From Octopus sinensis (taxonomy: Eukaryota): a DNA stretch of 51,436 nt. This document shows positions 23,495 through 35,893 of this stretch, piece by piece (the first letter of the stretch is position 1; every line of letters begins with the position of its first letter). The stretch spans positions 1-51,436 of the forward strand of contig NW_021834025.1 of the NCBI RefSeq assembly GCF_006345805.1. Reading direction: 5' to 3'. The position numbers and the translations under genes are program-made. The notes beneath the pieces were generated by a model. That model was not told the origin of the DNA and searched no databases. It was given only the letters and a program-made list of their open reading frames with translations.

Positions 23495-26064
23495 TCCACT
23501 GACCAGATCTGTGGATGGTGCAAACTTCCCTCATGACCCAAAATAACGTGGTGGTGGAACAATGTTGTAGATCAAAGACTTGAGGTATTTCGTGTTGCAA
23601 GACACTGTGTGAGAGAGAATCGAGATGTTGTAGGAGAGAAATGTGTTCGCATGGATGATAGTTCTCTTGCGCTAAATGGGGCTGCGAAGAGAGAGGTTTG
23701 GAGATGCCACTATGAAAGGTTGCTGAATAAAAAAAATGAATGGGAGAAAGAGAGTCTGCTGAATGTCGACCCAAGTGTGGGACCAGCTATCCGAGTTGAC
23801 AGTACCTTGGTAGATAAAGCAATTAAAAGTATGAAGACAGGGAAAGCCCCCGGCACATCAGGAATTACTGCTTAGATGCTCAAAATATCTGGCAGTTTCG
23901 GCTATAGCCTAGTCACCCATATATTTAACCAGGTGATACACGAAGGAGTCATACCCAATGACTGGTGTAGCAGCATAATAGTCAACTGCTACAATGGTAA
24001 AGGTGACGCTTTAGATACAAATAATTACAGAGGTATCAAGCTGTTGGATCAGCTAATGAAGGTCACGGAGAGGGTCATAGCCCAACTAATTAGGGAGAGA
24101 GTCAGTTTGGATGAGATGCAGTTTGGTTTCGTGCCAGGGCAAAGCACCACTGATGCTATATTTCTGGTAAGACAGCTGTAGGAGAAGTACCTAGCCAAAG
24201 ATAAGTCCCTGTACCTGGCTTTCATTGACATGGAGAAAGCCTTTGACAGGGTCCCCCGATACCTTATCTGGTGGTCAATGAGGAAACTAGGGATAGATGA
24301 ATGGTTAGTGAGAGCTGTGCAAGCCATGTACAGGGACGCTGTCAGTAAGGTGAGTGTTGGCAATGAGTACACTGAAGAATTCAGAGTAGAGATAGGGGTC
24401 CACCAAGGTGCAGTCCTCAACCTCTTCCTATCTATCATAGTCCTCCAGGCAATAATTGAGGAATTCAAGACAGGATGCCCCTGGGAGCTCCTCTATGCTG
24501 ATGACCTTGTTCTAATTGCTTAGTCACTATCAGAACTAGAGAAGTTTCAAGTATGGAAACAAGGATTAGAATTGAAGGGCCTTAGAGTCAACCTAGCTAA
24601 AACCAAAGTCCTAATAAGTAGGAAGGCAGGCAAACCACAAACCCCTTTAGGTAGATGGCCCTGCTCGATCTGTAGTAGAGGCGTAGGTAGAAACTCTATA
24701 AGATGTACCCAGTGTAAGCTATGGACACATAAGAGGTGCAGTAATATCAGAGGAAGGCTAACTGGGAAGGTAGCTTTTGTATGTGGCAGATGCTCAGGAG
24801 CAATAAACACTGAAAATGCACAGAGAACAACTTCGGCCATATTCCAGGGAGAAAGACTAGAAGTAGTTGAAAGCTTCCGTTACCTAGGTGACCAAGTCAG
24901 TAGCAGGGTAGGGTGCACTGAAAGTGTAGCTGCTAGAATAAGAATAGCTTGGGCAAACTTCAGAGAGCTCTTACCTCTGCTGGTGACAAAGGGCCTCTTG
25001 CTCAGAGTAAAAGATAGCCGGTATGATGCATGTGTACTAAAAGCCATGCTACATGGCAGTGAAACATAGGCTGTGACTGCTGAGGACATGCAGAAGCTTG
25101 CAAGGAATGAAGCCAGTATGATCTGATGGATGTGTAATGTCAGTGTGCATACTCGACAGTGTTAGTGCCCTGAGAGAAAGGTTGGACCTAAGAAGCATCA
25201 GATGTGGTGTGCAAGAGAGACAACTGCGCTGGTATGGTCATGTGGTGAGAATGGATGTGGATAGTTGTGTGAAAATGTGCCCCACCCTAGCGGTTGAGGG
25301 AACCTGTGGAAGAGGTAGACCCAGGAAACCTGGGATGAAGTGGTGAAGCACGACCTTCGAACTTTTGGCCTCACCAAGGAAATGACTAGTGACTGAGACC
25401 TTTGGAAATATGCTGTGCTTGAGAAGACCTGGCAAGCCAAATGAGACCATAACCTCGTGGCCTATGCCAGGGGCATAACCAGCCCACTTATGCATACCTT
25501 TTCTTTCTTTGGACACTAAACTCTGCATGAGGACTGGCACCCTTGCTAGCGGGATGCAAAGGGCACCATACGAGTGTAATCATTGACAGAGTGGCTAATT
25601 GGCTTTCGTGCCAGTGGCACATAAAAGGCACCATTCTAGTGTGATCATTACCTGTGTCGCCTTACTGGCACTTGTGCCCCGTGCTAGTAGGGTGCTAAAA
25701 TCACCATCCAAGAGTGATCGTTGCCAGAGCGGCTAACTGGCTTCCTTGCCGGTGGCATGTAAAAGGCACCATTCGAGCGTGATCGTTATCAGCATCGCCT
25801 TATTGGCACCTGTGCCGGTGGCATGTGTAAAAAGATTTGAGTGAGGTCGTTGCCAGTACTGCCTGACTGGCCCCCATGCCGGTGGCACATAAAAGCACCC
25901 ACTACACTCTCGGAGTGGTTGCCGTTAGGAAGGGCATCCAGCTGTAGAAACTCAGCCAGATCAAGATTGGAGCCTAGTGCAGTCATCTGGTTCGCCAGCC
26001 CTCAGTCAAACCATCCAAACCATACTTGTATGGAAAGTGGACGTTAAATGATGATGATGATGAG
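23495..26064 (+). mobile_element. RTE-clade LINE, 5'-truncated, RT pseudogene with Cys-rich (PHD-like) segment and full 3'UTR
   Basis: YRGIKLLD..QFGFVPGQSTTDAIF..LAFIDMEKAFDRVP..GVHQG..LLYADDLVL, then CSIC..C..C..WTHKRC..CGRC; several in-frame stops; tail ggacgttaaatgatgatg. Confidence 0.93.
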
Positions 26065-26119
26065 GATAACTCCAAGAAAGTTAGAGGTTGTGAATCCAAC
26101 CCACTAAGGGATAATCTCT

Positions 26120-26537
26120 CGAATGACCTGCTGTTTTTGAGGAGACCTGTTGAGTCAAGTACATTAACGTCAACATCAAAATAAAAATTCAAATGGAAAT
26201 TGTAGTTAAGACACCCGTGCCGGTGACACGTAAAAAGCACCATTCGAACGTGGCAGATACTAGCGTTGCCTGACTGGCGTCCGTGTCGGTGACTCGTAAA
26301 AGCACCAAGCGATCGTGGCCGTTTGCCAGCCTGCTCTGGCTCCTGTGCCTGTGGCACGTAAAAAAACACCCACTACACTCACAGTGTGGCTGGTGTTAGG
26401 AAGGGCATCAAGCTGTAGAAACACTGCCAAATCAGACTAGAGCCTGGTGCAGCCTCCATGGCTTACCAGACCCTGGTCGAACCGTCCAACCCATGCTTGC
26501 ATGGAAAACGGACGTTAAATGAAGATGATGATGATGA
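26120..26537 (+). mobile_element. RTE-derived 3' module (second subfamily)
   Basis: Ends catggaaaacggacgttaaatgaagatgatg; closely matches the reverse complement of 40105-40500. Confidence 0.8.
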
Positions 26538-27022
26538 ATATGCTTCTGGTAGAATACCCAGTTATTAATACACAAGTGTTTTTATTTCATTGCTATTACA
26601 TTACCTAGTGTACTAAATGGGTGAAGGTAAAGAGATATGTTACCATTAATTTATATAGCAATAAGAAAATGGACGGGATCAATAGGTGATTCTTCAACTT
26701 TTATATTGACAAGATACATACGGTAACTTTGATATTTTGTCCCTGGTTTGAGTTTGATCCAACTGATTTCCGACATGTATTTCAACCATATAGTACCCAT
26801 TTAAGTTACTAAATATATTAATAACTCACATAGTTGGACTTATACATATAATATTATTTTTACTACAGCTATTATTATTATTGTTATTGGGTTTTTTTTC
26901 TTCTAAATAACTTGTAATAACTTACTTCTCATATGTATTATATTAAAATATATTAAAATAATATCCCCTTACTAGATCACTTTAACCATTAATTCATGTT
27001 TGTGTGTCTGTGTATGTTTGTC

Positions 27023-27110
<88 letters not shown>

Positions 27111-27118
<8 letters not shown>

Positions 27119-27408
27119 TGAAGTTGTGTGTGAGAGACTCTATCTCCTCCGATTTAGATTCTTAACTACTCCCACATTTTGCAGTGCAGTTTAACCAAAA
27201 GCGGGTATCTTATAGTCGTCATTCATATCGAGCCCTTCCGGGTATTAGCGCGCGTCTACGATGAGTCTACGATTTAAAAAAGAAATTTACCATCATTTTT
27301 CCGCATTTTTAATGATTTTTGCTTGGGTATATAAGGGTAGTAACTCTCTAAAAATGCTTATATAGTTATTTCCCTTACAATATGAGCAACGCCGGGCGAT
27401 ACTGCTAG
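27111..27408 (+). mobile_element. Short Helitron-like element (third family) inside (TA)n
   Basis: Begins tataaaactgaag, similar to the Helitron at 154; ends gagcaacgccgggcgatactgCTAG (27405-27408)|T. Confidence 0.6.
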
Positions 27409-28163
27409 TATATATATATATTTGTTTTGTTTACAATTTGTTTTATTTCGTTAGTTATCAATTAACCAACTAACTGAGACAAAGTAATTAAAAAAAATTG
27501 TTAACCAATTAGATTAAGTAAATGAATAAAAATGACCCCTCCCCACTTCCCGCAAGATTTAAACTACTCTAATAATAAGAAACTACAGTGAAAAAAGTAT
27601 ACGTTTCTCTCTATATATATAAATATAAATTAGTCTGTGAATTATCCTACATTCCAAAACATATATAATACGTATGTACATATAAGTATGTTTGAATGGA
27701 AAAATATATATGTATATATATATATTTGTGCGTATATGTATGTGTGCATATGTATATATATATATGTTCCTCATGTGTATGCAGATTCGTTCTGACATAA
27801 CTGTAATAACTTTATGATATATTGATTGTAAAATTACTATCCTTATTACTTTAAAAATATCTGTTTATATATTATATTCTTGTATTTCGGAATGGTTATT
27901 TTGCCAGTTTAGCCAATAATTATATTCTATATTATATCTATTGTGAATAACAGAATGCATCTAATATTAATAGTATTAGTAATAACTGATTATTGTACAT
28001 GCTTATTAATGCAAATATGTATGTACATTTCAGTATATATATAAGTATTTATGTATATCTATATATGTATGTATATCTATATATGTAAGTATTCAAATGT
28101 GTGTGTATTTTTATTTATTTTATATTTATATTTATTTATAACTTAACATTATGTAATTTATAA

Positions 28164-28285
28164 TCTCTGATGGAGCCTAGAGAAATACCCAAGTACCTAA
28201 ATACTATCTACCTATTACTTCAGTCCACTTGAGTAATAAAGGTAGAATGAGGTATTTTTACCTCTTGGCTGAAACAGCTGTAAGT
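28164..28285 (+). ncRNA. Near-canonical hammerhead motif with A9G core change and long structured stem II
   Basis: CUGAUGG 28167-28173; stem II AGCC/GGCU extended by AAAUACC/GGUAUUU and UCUACCU/AGGUAGA; GAAAC AGCU GUA 28271-28282. Confidence 0.55.
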
Positions 28286-28358
28286 TATTTTCCCAATTTA
28301 TATTCATGTATGTTATATTATAATAATTACTGGTATCCTTATATATTAATATATTTTA

Positions 28359-28404
<46 letters not shown>

Positions 28405-28411
<7 letters not shown>

Positions 28412-29449
28412 GGTATGATGTGTGTGTGTGTGTGTACATGAATGTAATGTATGCATGTCCACAAATTAACATGCATGTTGCTCCAATTTTAGGAGGACAT
28501 TCGTCATGATACTAGCTGTATTTTCGTCAAATTATTTTCCCCCGAGGCACCAGTGAATAGCGGTAAAAATAAATTTTCGACCATAACTTAACAATTTTCA
28601 CGGCAGAGAAATCCACCATTGTTTATACAAACATGAGTTAACTCCCCTTCTAGTGACGGTGTAAAGAGGGAGAGGGAGAGAGAGAGACATAACAGATTTT
28701 AAAAATTTCGTCTTTTTACTGAGCGATTAACAGGCCAAAACAGACAGGTGTTGTTATGTATGTATGTATGTGTGAATGGCTTCAATCACACACACACACG
28801 AGCATGTATGCGTACAAAACACATGTATGCAATGTGTGTGTGTGTGTGTGTGTGTGTTGCCCATATATATATATACATACACACACACAATATAAATGAT
28901 ATTCTCCGTTTCTCCACAACTAATTTCCATATTGACTGAATCCAATGCTCTACTCATTGCGATATATAGCTGGTCATGCGTGAACATGGGAGAGAGTAGA
29001 TGTTACCGGAGCAAAAGACCTACGTGTTGACTATAGACACACTCCTTTGCAAATGATCAGCTATCATTTTGTAAACAATGTTTCAAAACTGTCCATGTTT
29101 TCGAAAGGAGAGATCTGACTCTTTTCAACCATAACATCTACCATTTTTGATGTATTTGTTCAAACTTGATGCCAACATTACTTAGGACTCATGGGATCTT
29201 TGAATGCGTTAAGTTCTTCAAAAACGAAAAAGAGAAAAAACCAATTGATGAGTGGAAAAAATTGATAAAGCGATTCCTTTTGAGATTTTCCAATCAAATT
29301 GTCTGCAAAATTTCATCCAAAAGTTTACCAATTTCAACGGATTTCACTGAAATTTGACATTGGTGTTACTTAGTTTGCTTTGAAATAAAGAGCTTGATTA
29401 GCTTAATAATCCTAACTTAATCTCGAGCAAAGCTGGGCTATACTGCTTG
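28405..29449 (+). mobile_element. Non-autonomous Helitron (copy B), inverted relative to copy A
   Basis: Reverse-complement match to 16933-18610 except for A's 17246-17924. The - strand ORF at 28754-28987 begins MFTHDQLYIAMSRALDSVNMEISCGETENIIY. The 3' end reads hairpin plus CTTG. Confidence 0.8.
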
Positions 29450-29610
29450 TATCTTATATGTAAAGCATAATATGTTATACATGTATGTATATTATTGTAA
29501 TTATCAGTTTAGTAAATAAATACATAAGTTAACATAATATAATGTCTAAAAGTTGATGAACCACTTATTGATCCCCTCCATTTTCTTATTGCTATATATA
29601 TATATATGTA

Positions 29611-29830
29611 GAGGCACATGACCTAGTGGTTAGAGGAGCGGACTGGCTGTTGAGGGATCGTGGGTTTGAATCTCAGGCCGGGCAATGTGTGTGTTTATGA
29701 GCAAAACACCTAAGCTCCACACAACTCCGGCAGAAGATAATGGCGAACTTCTGCTGATAATTTCGCCACTACTTTCTCTCACTATTTCCTCCTGTATCTT
29801 GCAGCTCACCTGTGACGGACTGGGAAACCG
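29611..29830 (+). mobile_element. tRNA-derived SINE (different family)
   Basis: A-box-like tgacctagtggttagag and B-box-like gggtttgaatctc; the 3' part ctcacctgtgacggactgg resembles V-domain SINEs. Confidence 0.65.
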
Positions 29831-29910
29831 GCCCTATGAGCCAGGCAAGGCTCAAGAAGGAACAAACAATATATTTGTGTATATATGTATATGTATATAT
29901 ACATATACAG

Positions 29911-30140
29911 AATTAATGCCGAAAAAATGTGGGGAAAAATCTTCCAGAATTCACCGAGTTCAAATATTATGTCAAACAATGTCAGCTACAATAACTCAGC
30001 TATTAACAAAGTGAAGTCACGTGTTTTCATGAATGTACCAATGAGAATTAGGTTCAGATTTACATTTAAATAACAATGGGTACTCTTGGCCAGCGTGTTG
30101 GTCTTATGAACCAAAATATTTTTCGGCCAGCTACAGCCAG
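29911..30140 (-). mobile_element. Diverged fragment of a piggyBac-derived terminal region
   Basis: Aligns by eye with 5425-5640 (gccgaaaaaatgtgg...cacgtgttttca.gaatgtac...catttaaata). Confidence 0.5.
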
Positions 30141-33079
30141 GTTTGACAAGACAATACATAACTTTAATTATAATTATTATTATCATTATAATTTTTTCTT
30201 ATTGAATTGCCCTTTGAAATGTTTGCATGTGCTCATTAAATCTAATTTTGATTTTTTAACATTTCTCCATTTTTATAATTGTTTATGGTATCTTTATACC
30301 TATAATGAACATTTTCAATATGTATGTGTGTGTATAAAAAAAAAAAACTCGCCACTCTAGCCATCTCTCCTTCCTCAGCCATCACGTACATCCCGTGGCT
30401 TCCTCTTGAAGTTCCATGCCACCCCCTATTCCTCCTCCCTCATCGAACCACCCTCGCCCGCACTTCCCGCCTCCTCATCCGTGCAACCATCCGTTCCACC
30501 CGCTCTCTCCTCCCTCTGCCCTCCACTCTTCACCCAACCTATTCTCCGCTTCATTCTTAATCTCAACCACCAACTTCACAATTTCCTCACACACACAAAA
30601 AACAAAAAACTCCACCACCTCCTCAACCCTTCACCTCCTTCCCCCCATCCCCTACATCTTCCCCTCCTGCTCCCCCGACTCCCTCCATTCCCGCACCCAC
30701 CACCCCATCCCCCTTCCCCCTCCTTGGACCCACACTCACCCCACCCTGACCTTCCTATGCCTACCCCATCTTCACCCAACCACCCCAACTCTCCTCCCCA
30801 CACCTCTGCACTCCCTCTTCCTGAGCCCACTCATCCCACCACTCCGCTTCCTCGCACTGTTGTCACTATACCCCCCCAATCTCCCCCTCTCCGCTGCCGA
30901 GCGCTCTCTCCTCAGTAAGGGACTCCGCTTCACGCCTCTCACGCGCCACTGTGACGAATTCGAGACTCGGACTGACATCAACCAGTTCCTCTGCCGCCTC
31001 AAACTTTGCGCATTATTCCACGCGTCCCAGCAGCGTCACAACAATCAGGATTGCCTTTTGGAGCTGGGGCGCCGCCCATCCAACTGGACGCCACCCCCAG
31101 GCCAATTCAGTAGCCTAGATTTGTTCGTGAATGACTGCAATGCGTTGGTCCACCAGTTTAACTTTAAACAAAGACCCCTCTGAGACAACCTCACTCGGGC
31201 TGAATTGATTGCCCTTTGCCACCTCCGTCCCTGCAATGACATTGTCATCAAACCGGCGGACAAAGGCGGAGCAGTGGTGGTGTGGCGCACAGATTTATAC
31301 AGGGAGGAAGCGCTCATCCAGCTTCAAAATCCCCTCTTCTATCGCCTCCTCCCCTCCGATCCCACCTCTTCTTACCAACAGCGAGTGTCCTCCGCCATCC
31401 ACGACCTCATCTCCTCTTCTGCTTCCTCCCCACCGCCACCAACCTCATCGTCCACACACCCCGCACCTCCACCATCTATTTCCTTCCCAAAATTCATAAA
31501 TCCAATAACCGTGGCCACCCCATCGTTTCCATCTGTAATTGCCCCACTGAACACCTTTCCCTATACCTCGACCGCATCCTGTCCCCCTTAGTCGCAGCCC
31601 TCCCATCTCACATATATGACACCAACCACGCTCTCCGTCTTTTCAATTCCTTTTCCTTCCCTTCCAGCCCCTCACACCTCCTCTTCACCTTAGACATAAA
31701 ATCCTTGTATACAGTAATTCCCCACAATGACGGTCTCTTAGCCCTCCAACACTTCCTCGACCGTCGTCCCGACCCCACCCCCAGCACCCACACCCTTCTC
31801 CACCTGGCAGAGCTCGTCCTCACCCTCAACTGTTTCACGGGGAAACGTACCCACAGCTGTCCGGGTTCGCGATGGGAACGAGAATGGGCCCCAATTTCGC
31901 CAATCTCTTTGTTGGCTACATTGAGGCCCAAGTATTCTCCCAATTCTCCGGGCCGACCCCAGAACTATACGGTTGCTACATAGACGACTGCATAGGCGCC
32001 ACCTCCCTTTCCCGCGAACAACTCTGCCATTTCATCTCTTTCCTCTCCAACTTCCACCCCTCTGTACAATTCACTTTCACCATCTCCAATATCTCTGTCA
32101 ACTTCCTTGATATCTCTCTCAGCATCGACCACCCCTCCCACTCTCTCACCACCTCCGCCTCATTCAAACCCACGGATTCCCACCTCTATCTCAACTTCTC
32201 CTCCTCCCACCCTTTCCACACCAAACGGGCCATCCCCCACTCCCAGTTCCTCCGCCTCCGACACTTGTGCAGCCGTGACCAGGATTTCGAGACCCAATCT
32301 CAATACCTGGCCCGCCTGTTCAGGCATCGAAGATACCCACCTACACTGGTTTTGAATGCCCTCACCCGCGCCCGTCGCATCGACCGCACCACTGCCCTTT
32401 CTCCTTCCTCTCACCCCACCTCCAACTGCACCCCCTTTTCCCTCCTTTTCCACCCCTCTACTCTACCCCTTTGTTGGAAGATACTACGTGCCTTCCGTCG
32501 CCTGCAGCTCGATCACACGACCCGCCCCATTTTCCCCAACCCACCCCACCCCTGTCCTCCTTCAAATGAGCCCGGAATCTACGCGACCTCCTGGTCCATA
32601 GTACCCTCTCTTCTTCCCCCTCAGCCCCACATGGATCATTCCCGTGCTCTAGATCCCGCTGCAACACCTGCCCATTCATCACCAACACCACTGCTGTCAC
32701 CGGTTCCAACCAGCGAACTGTACGTATCAGACATTCTTTTACGTGCACTTCGTCTGGCCTCATATACTGCATTAAATGCAACCTCTGCGGAATGCTGTAT
32801 ATAGGACAGACGGTATGCCGGTTGTCAGACCGATTCGCCGAACATCTAAGGGATGTTCGTCTACGGTCCTTTTCTCCTGTCGCACGTCACTTCCGCTCGG
32901 CCAGCCATTCCCCCGATGACATCTGTGTTTGGTCTCGCCCCACACAACGGTCCTCCACAATCCAGGCTTCACTTGGAGCAACGTTTCATCTTCACTCTAC
33001 AAACTCATACCTCACACGGACTCAACACAGCCCCCTCCTCTTAGTGACTGCGCTCCACCTCTTCCCCCTTTTTTTTTCT

Positions 33080-34745
33080 TATACAGAAACACACACACAC
33101 ATACTCACGTATCCACGAACACACCCTCCAACACACCTACTTCCAACACACCACACACATACAACCTACACGCACATGTACGCACACATACTTCCACACC
33201 TATACACACACCCACACCTTTATAAACACCTAGCAGAGACACACACACATACACGCACGTCACGCGCATGTACATTACGCCCACACAACTCCAGAGGAAA
33301 CCCCACGCACACACGCATACATTCACACACACACACACATACATACGTACACATACATACATACATACATTCATACATTCATTCATTCATACATACATAC
33401 ACACACACACAAACATACACATACACACATACATACATACACACATACATACATACACACACACATTCACACATACATACACACAAACACACATACATAT
33501 ATACACACATACATACACACACACATATGCACATACACATATACATACACACATACACACACATACATACACACACACACATACATGCATGCACACATAC
33601 ATACACACACACGCATACATACACACACACACACTTACACACATACACACACATACATACATACACACACATACACACACATACATACATACAGACATAC
33701 ATACATACAGACATACACACATACACACTCACATACATACATACACACACAAACACACACACACACATAAACACACACACATACATACACACAGACATAC
33801 ACACTCACACATACATACATACACACACATAAACACACACACACACATAAACACACACACACATACATACACACACACATACATACATACATGCATATGG
33901 GGTTGGCTGTATTGCAGGCGTGCGTCAGTGCGTGTGTGTGTGTGCCTGTGGATTCACATACACCCACACCAAAATAATTTTTTTCCATCAATCTTTCAAT
34001 TATAAAGTGTTTGCTTGCATACATATATATACACACATATAAACATATAAACCCCTACATTTGTACACACACGCACATATATGCATACATTCACTCCCAC
34101 GCACGTACACACACACGCACACATACACATTTACATGTATATACAATACACGTACAAACACACTAATTCACATACACACCGACACATATACATACACACA
34201 ATATATACCTACACGCGCACGCACACATACACATACGTACACACATATAAGCACAGACACACATACGCACACCAAAACAAGCGCACACATACGCATGCAC
34301 ATGCGCGAAAAAACTCACAACCCCACGGATACACGCATATACATCCATATACGCTTACACACACACATACAAATGCACACATACACGCACACACAACTAC
34401 ACGCACATACATACACACACACAGAATTATACATACATATATATACACACACACGCACGTACAAGCACACATACACTAAGTTAAGCACAGTTACTCGCCA
34501 CACATCCAAACTCCACGCATACACACAAAAACACACACATACTACAAACAAAACACACACGATACATATACATGCACGCACACACACATACCTCTTTGTT
34601 TTTGACCTGCAATTGGACCCAAAACACCACTCCTTAATTCTTACTACTAGCCTGCTAGCCAATTGTTCGCCATACACACACACACACGCACACATACACG
34701 CACACGTGTCATCATCGCACACATACACACACACGCGCACACGCT
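33080..34745. repeat. About 1.65-kb degenerate (CA/TACA)n tract
   Basis: Seen directly; source of the long H/T-rich ORFs. Confidence 0.95.
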
Positions 34746-34947
34746 GACCTCCCGGAATGCACTACACCCACACACATTCCCCCTCTCACTTTCTTTACCA
34801 TACTGTCTTTGATCTCGCTCTCCTGTCTTTTAAAAAACATTATTCTTCTACTTTTACTACTTCCGTCTTTTAGTATGTGACCTCGTCTGTATCACTAGCG
34901 ATTTTTTTCCCCTGTCTTCCCTTCTCGGGATCTTTCCTTCTCCTATG

Positions 34948-34980
34948 TTTCCGACGAAGAGCTCCGCTCGAAACGTCAAA
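34948..34980 (+). ncRNA. Minimal PLE-type hammerhead motif (U4C core variant)
   Basis: UUU-CCGACGA-A-GAGC-UCC-GCUC-GAAAC-GUC-AAA; helix III is only the palindrome ACGU. Confidence 0.6.
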
Positions 34981-35081
34981 CCCTCCTTCTTCCCTTCTTT
35001 CCTAAGCATCCAATAATACTTTATTTGTTCCACGTCCTTGTGTTGTTGTTTTTTTGTTTTTGTTTTCTTGTTTGAATTAAC

Positions 35082-35145
<64 letters not shown>

Positions 35146-35149
<4 letters not shown>

Positions 35150-35353
35150 ATTCAAACATGAAAGCACAAAGAGAAAACACAACAACGCGAGGATGTGGAA
35201 CAAATATAGTATTATTGGACGCTCAGGAAGGAAGGAAAGCTGGAGGGTTTAACGTTTCGAGCAGAGCTCTTCGTCAGAAACATAGGAAAAGGAAAGATCC
35301 AAAGAAGAGAAGACGGAGGAAAAAAATCGCCAACGGTACACATGTGGTCACAT
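35146..35353 (-). mobile_element. Solo pLTR-like unit, inverted and diverged (about 80% by eye) relative to 34875-35081, with hammerhead at 35248-35280
   Basis: The - strand reads UUU-CUGACGA-A-GAGC-UCU-GCUC-GAAAC-GUU-AAA; (TA)n on both sides. Confidence 0.7.
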
Positions 35354-35358
35354 TTTGA

Positions 35359-35403
<45 letters not shown>

Positions 35404-35404
35404 G

Positions 35405-35590
35405 TGTGTGTCTGTTTGTACCCCCACCATCACTCGACAACTGATATTGCTGTGTTTACATCCATGTACCTTAGCAAAATACACCGATAGAATAAGTACT
35501 AGGCTTACAAAAAATAAATATTGGGGTCGATTTCTTTGACTAAATGCAGTGCTCCAGCATAGCCACAGTCACATGACCGAAACAAGTAAA
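35405..35590 (+). mobile_element. SINE 3' part (family of 13463-13856)
   Basis: ccgatagaataagtactaggcttac...gtgctccagcat...gaaacaagtaaa. Confidence 0.7.
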
Positions 35591-35667
35591 ACTATGCCAT
35601 TTGAATCCCAAGGAACGCTGGGTATCTCAGGTAGTTATTATTATTGTTATTATTATCATCATCAAAC

Positions 35668-35893
35668 CGGGGAGGTGGCAGAATCATTAGCATGCTGGAT
35701 GAAATGCTCAGTGGTATTTCACCCATCACTATGTTCTGCATTCAAATGCTACCAAGGTCAACTTTGCTTTTCATCTTTTCAGGGTCGGCAAATTAAGTAC
35801 CAGTGAAACACTGGTGTTGATGTAATCAACTAGTCCCTTCCCTACTAATTCCAGGCCTTGTGCCTTTAGTAGAAAGGATTATTATTATTATTA
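35668..35893 (+). mobile_element. Full-length tRNA-derived SINE with (ATT)n tail
   Basis: A/B-box-like head, central ctttcatcttttcagggtcg..aattaagtaccag block (Nin/Meta-like domain by recall) and attattatt tail. Confidence 0.75.

Larger units (their letters stand above)
30348..35083 (+). mobile_element. Near full-length Penelope-like element: disrupted RT plus GIY-YIG (about 30850-33000), CA-expanded 3' region, terminal pLTR with hammerhead
   Basis: LLSKGLRFTP; IVIKPADKGGAVVVW; YFLPKIHK; TLDIKSLYT; MGTRMGPNFANLF; YIDD; VNFLDI; HPFHTKRAIP; LIYCIKC..CGMLYIGQT..RFAEHLRDV. One stop (31181-31183) and several frameshifts. Confidence 0.92.

Noticed and set aside
24640-24810. Cys-rich PHD-like segment in the RTE as a captured novel domain
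   Set aside because: It is present in other RTE copies in this window (about 37470-37620) and such Cys clusters are known in RTE-related LINEs, so it is not novel.
32990-34747. Long His/Thr-rich and Val/Cys/Met-rich ORFs (also around 10131-12444 and other microsatellites)
   Set aside because: These are translations of (CA)n/(TACA)n microsatellites, which are stop-poor in most frames. Only the first about 50 aa of ORF 32792 is real (GIY-YIG remnant).
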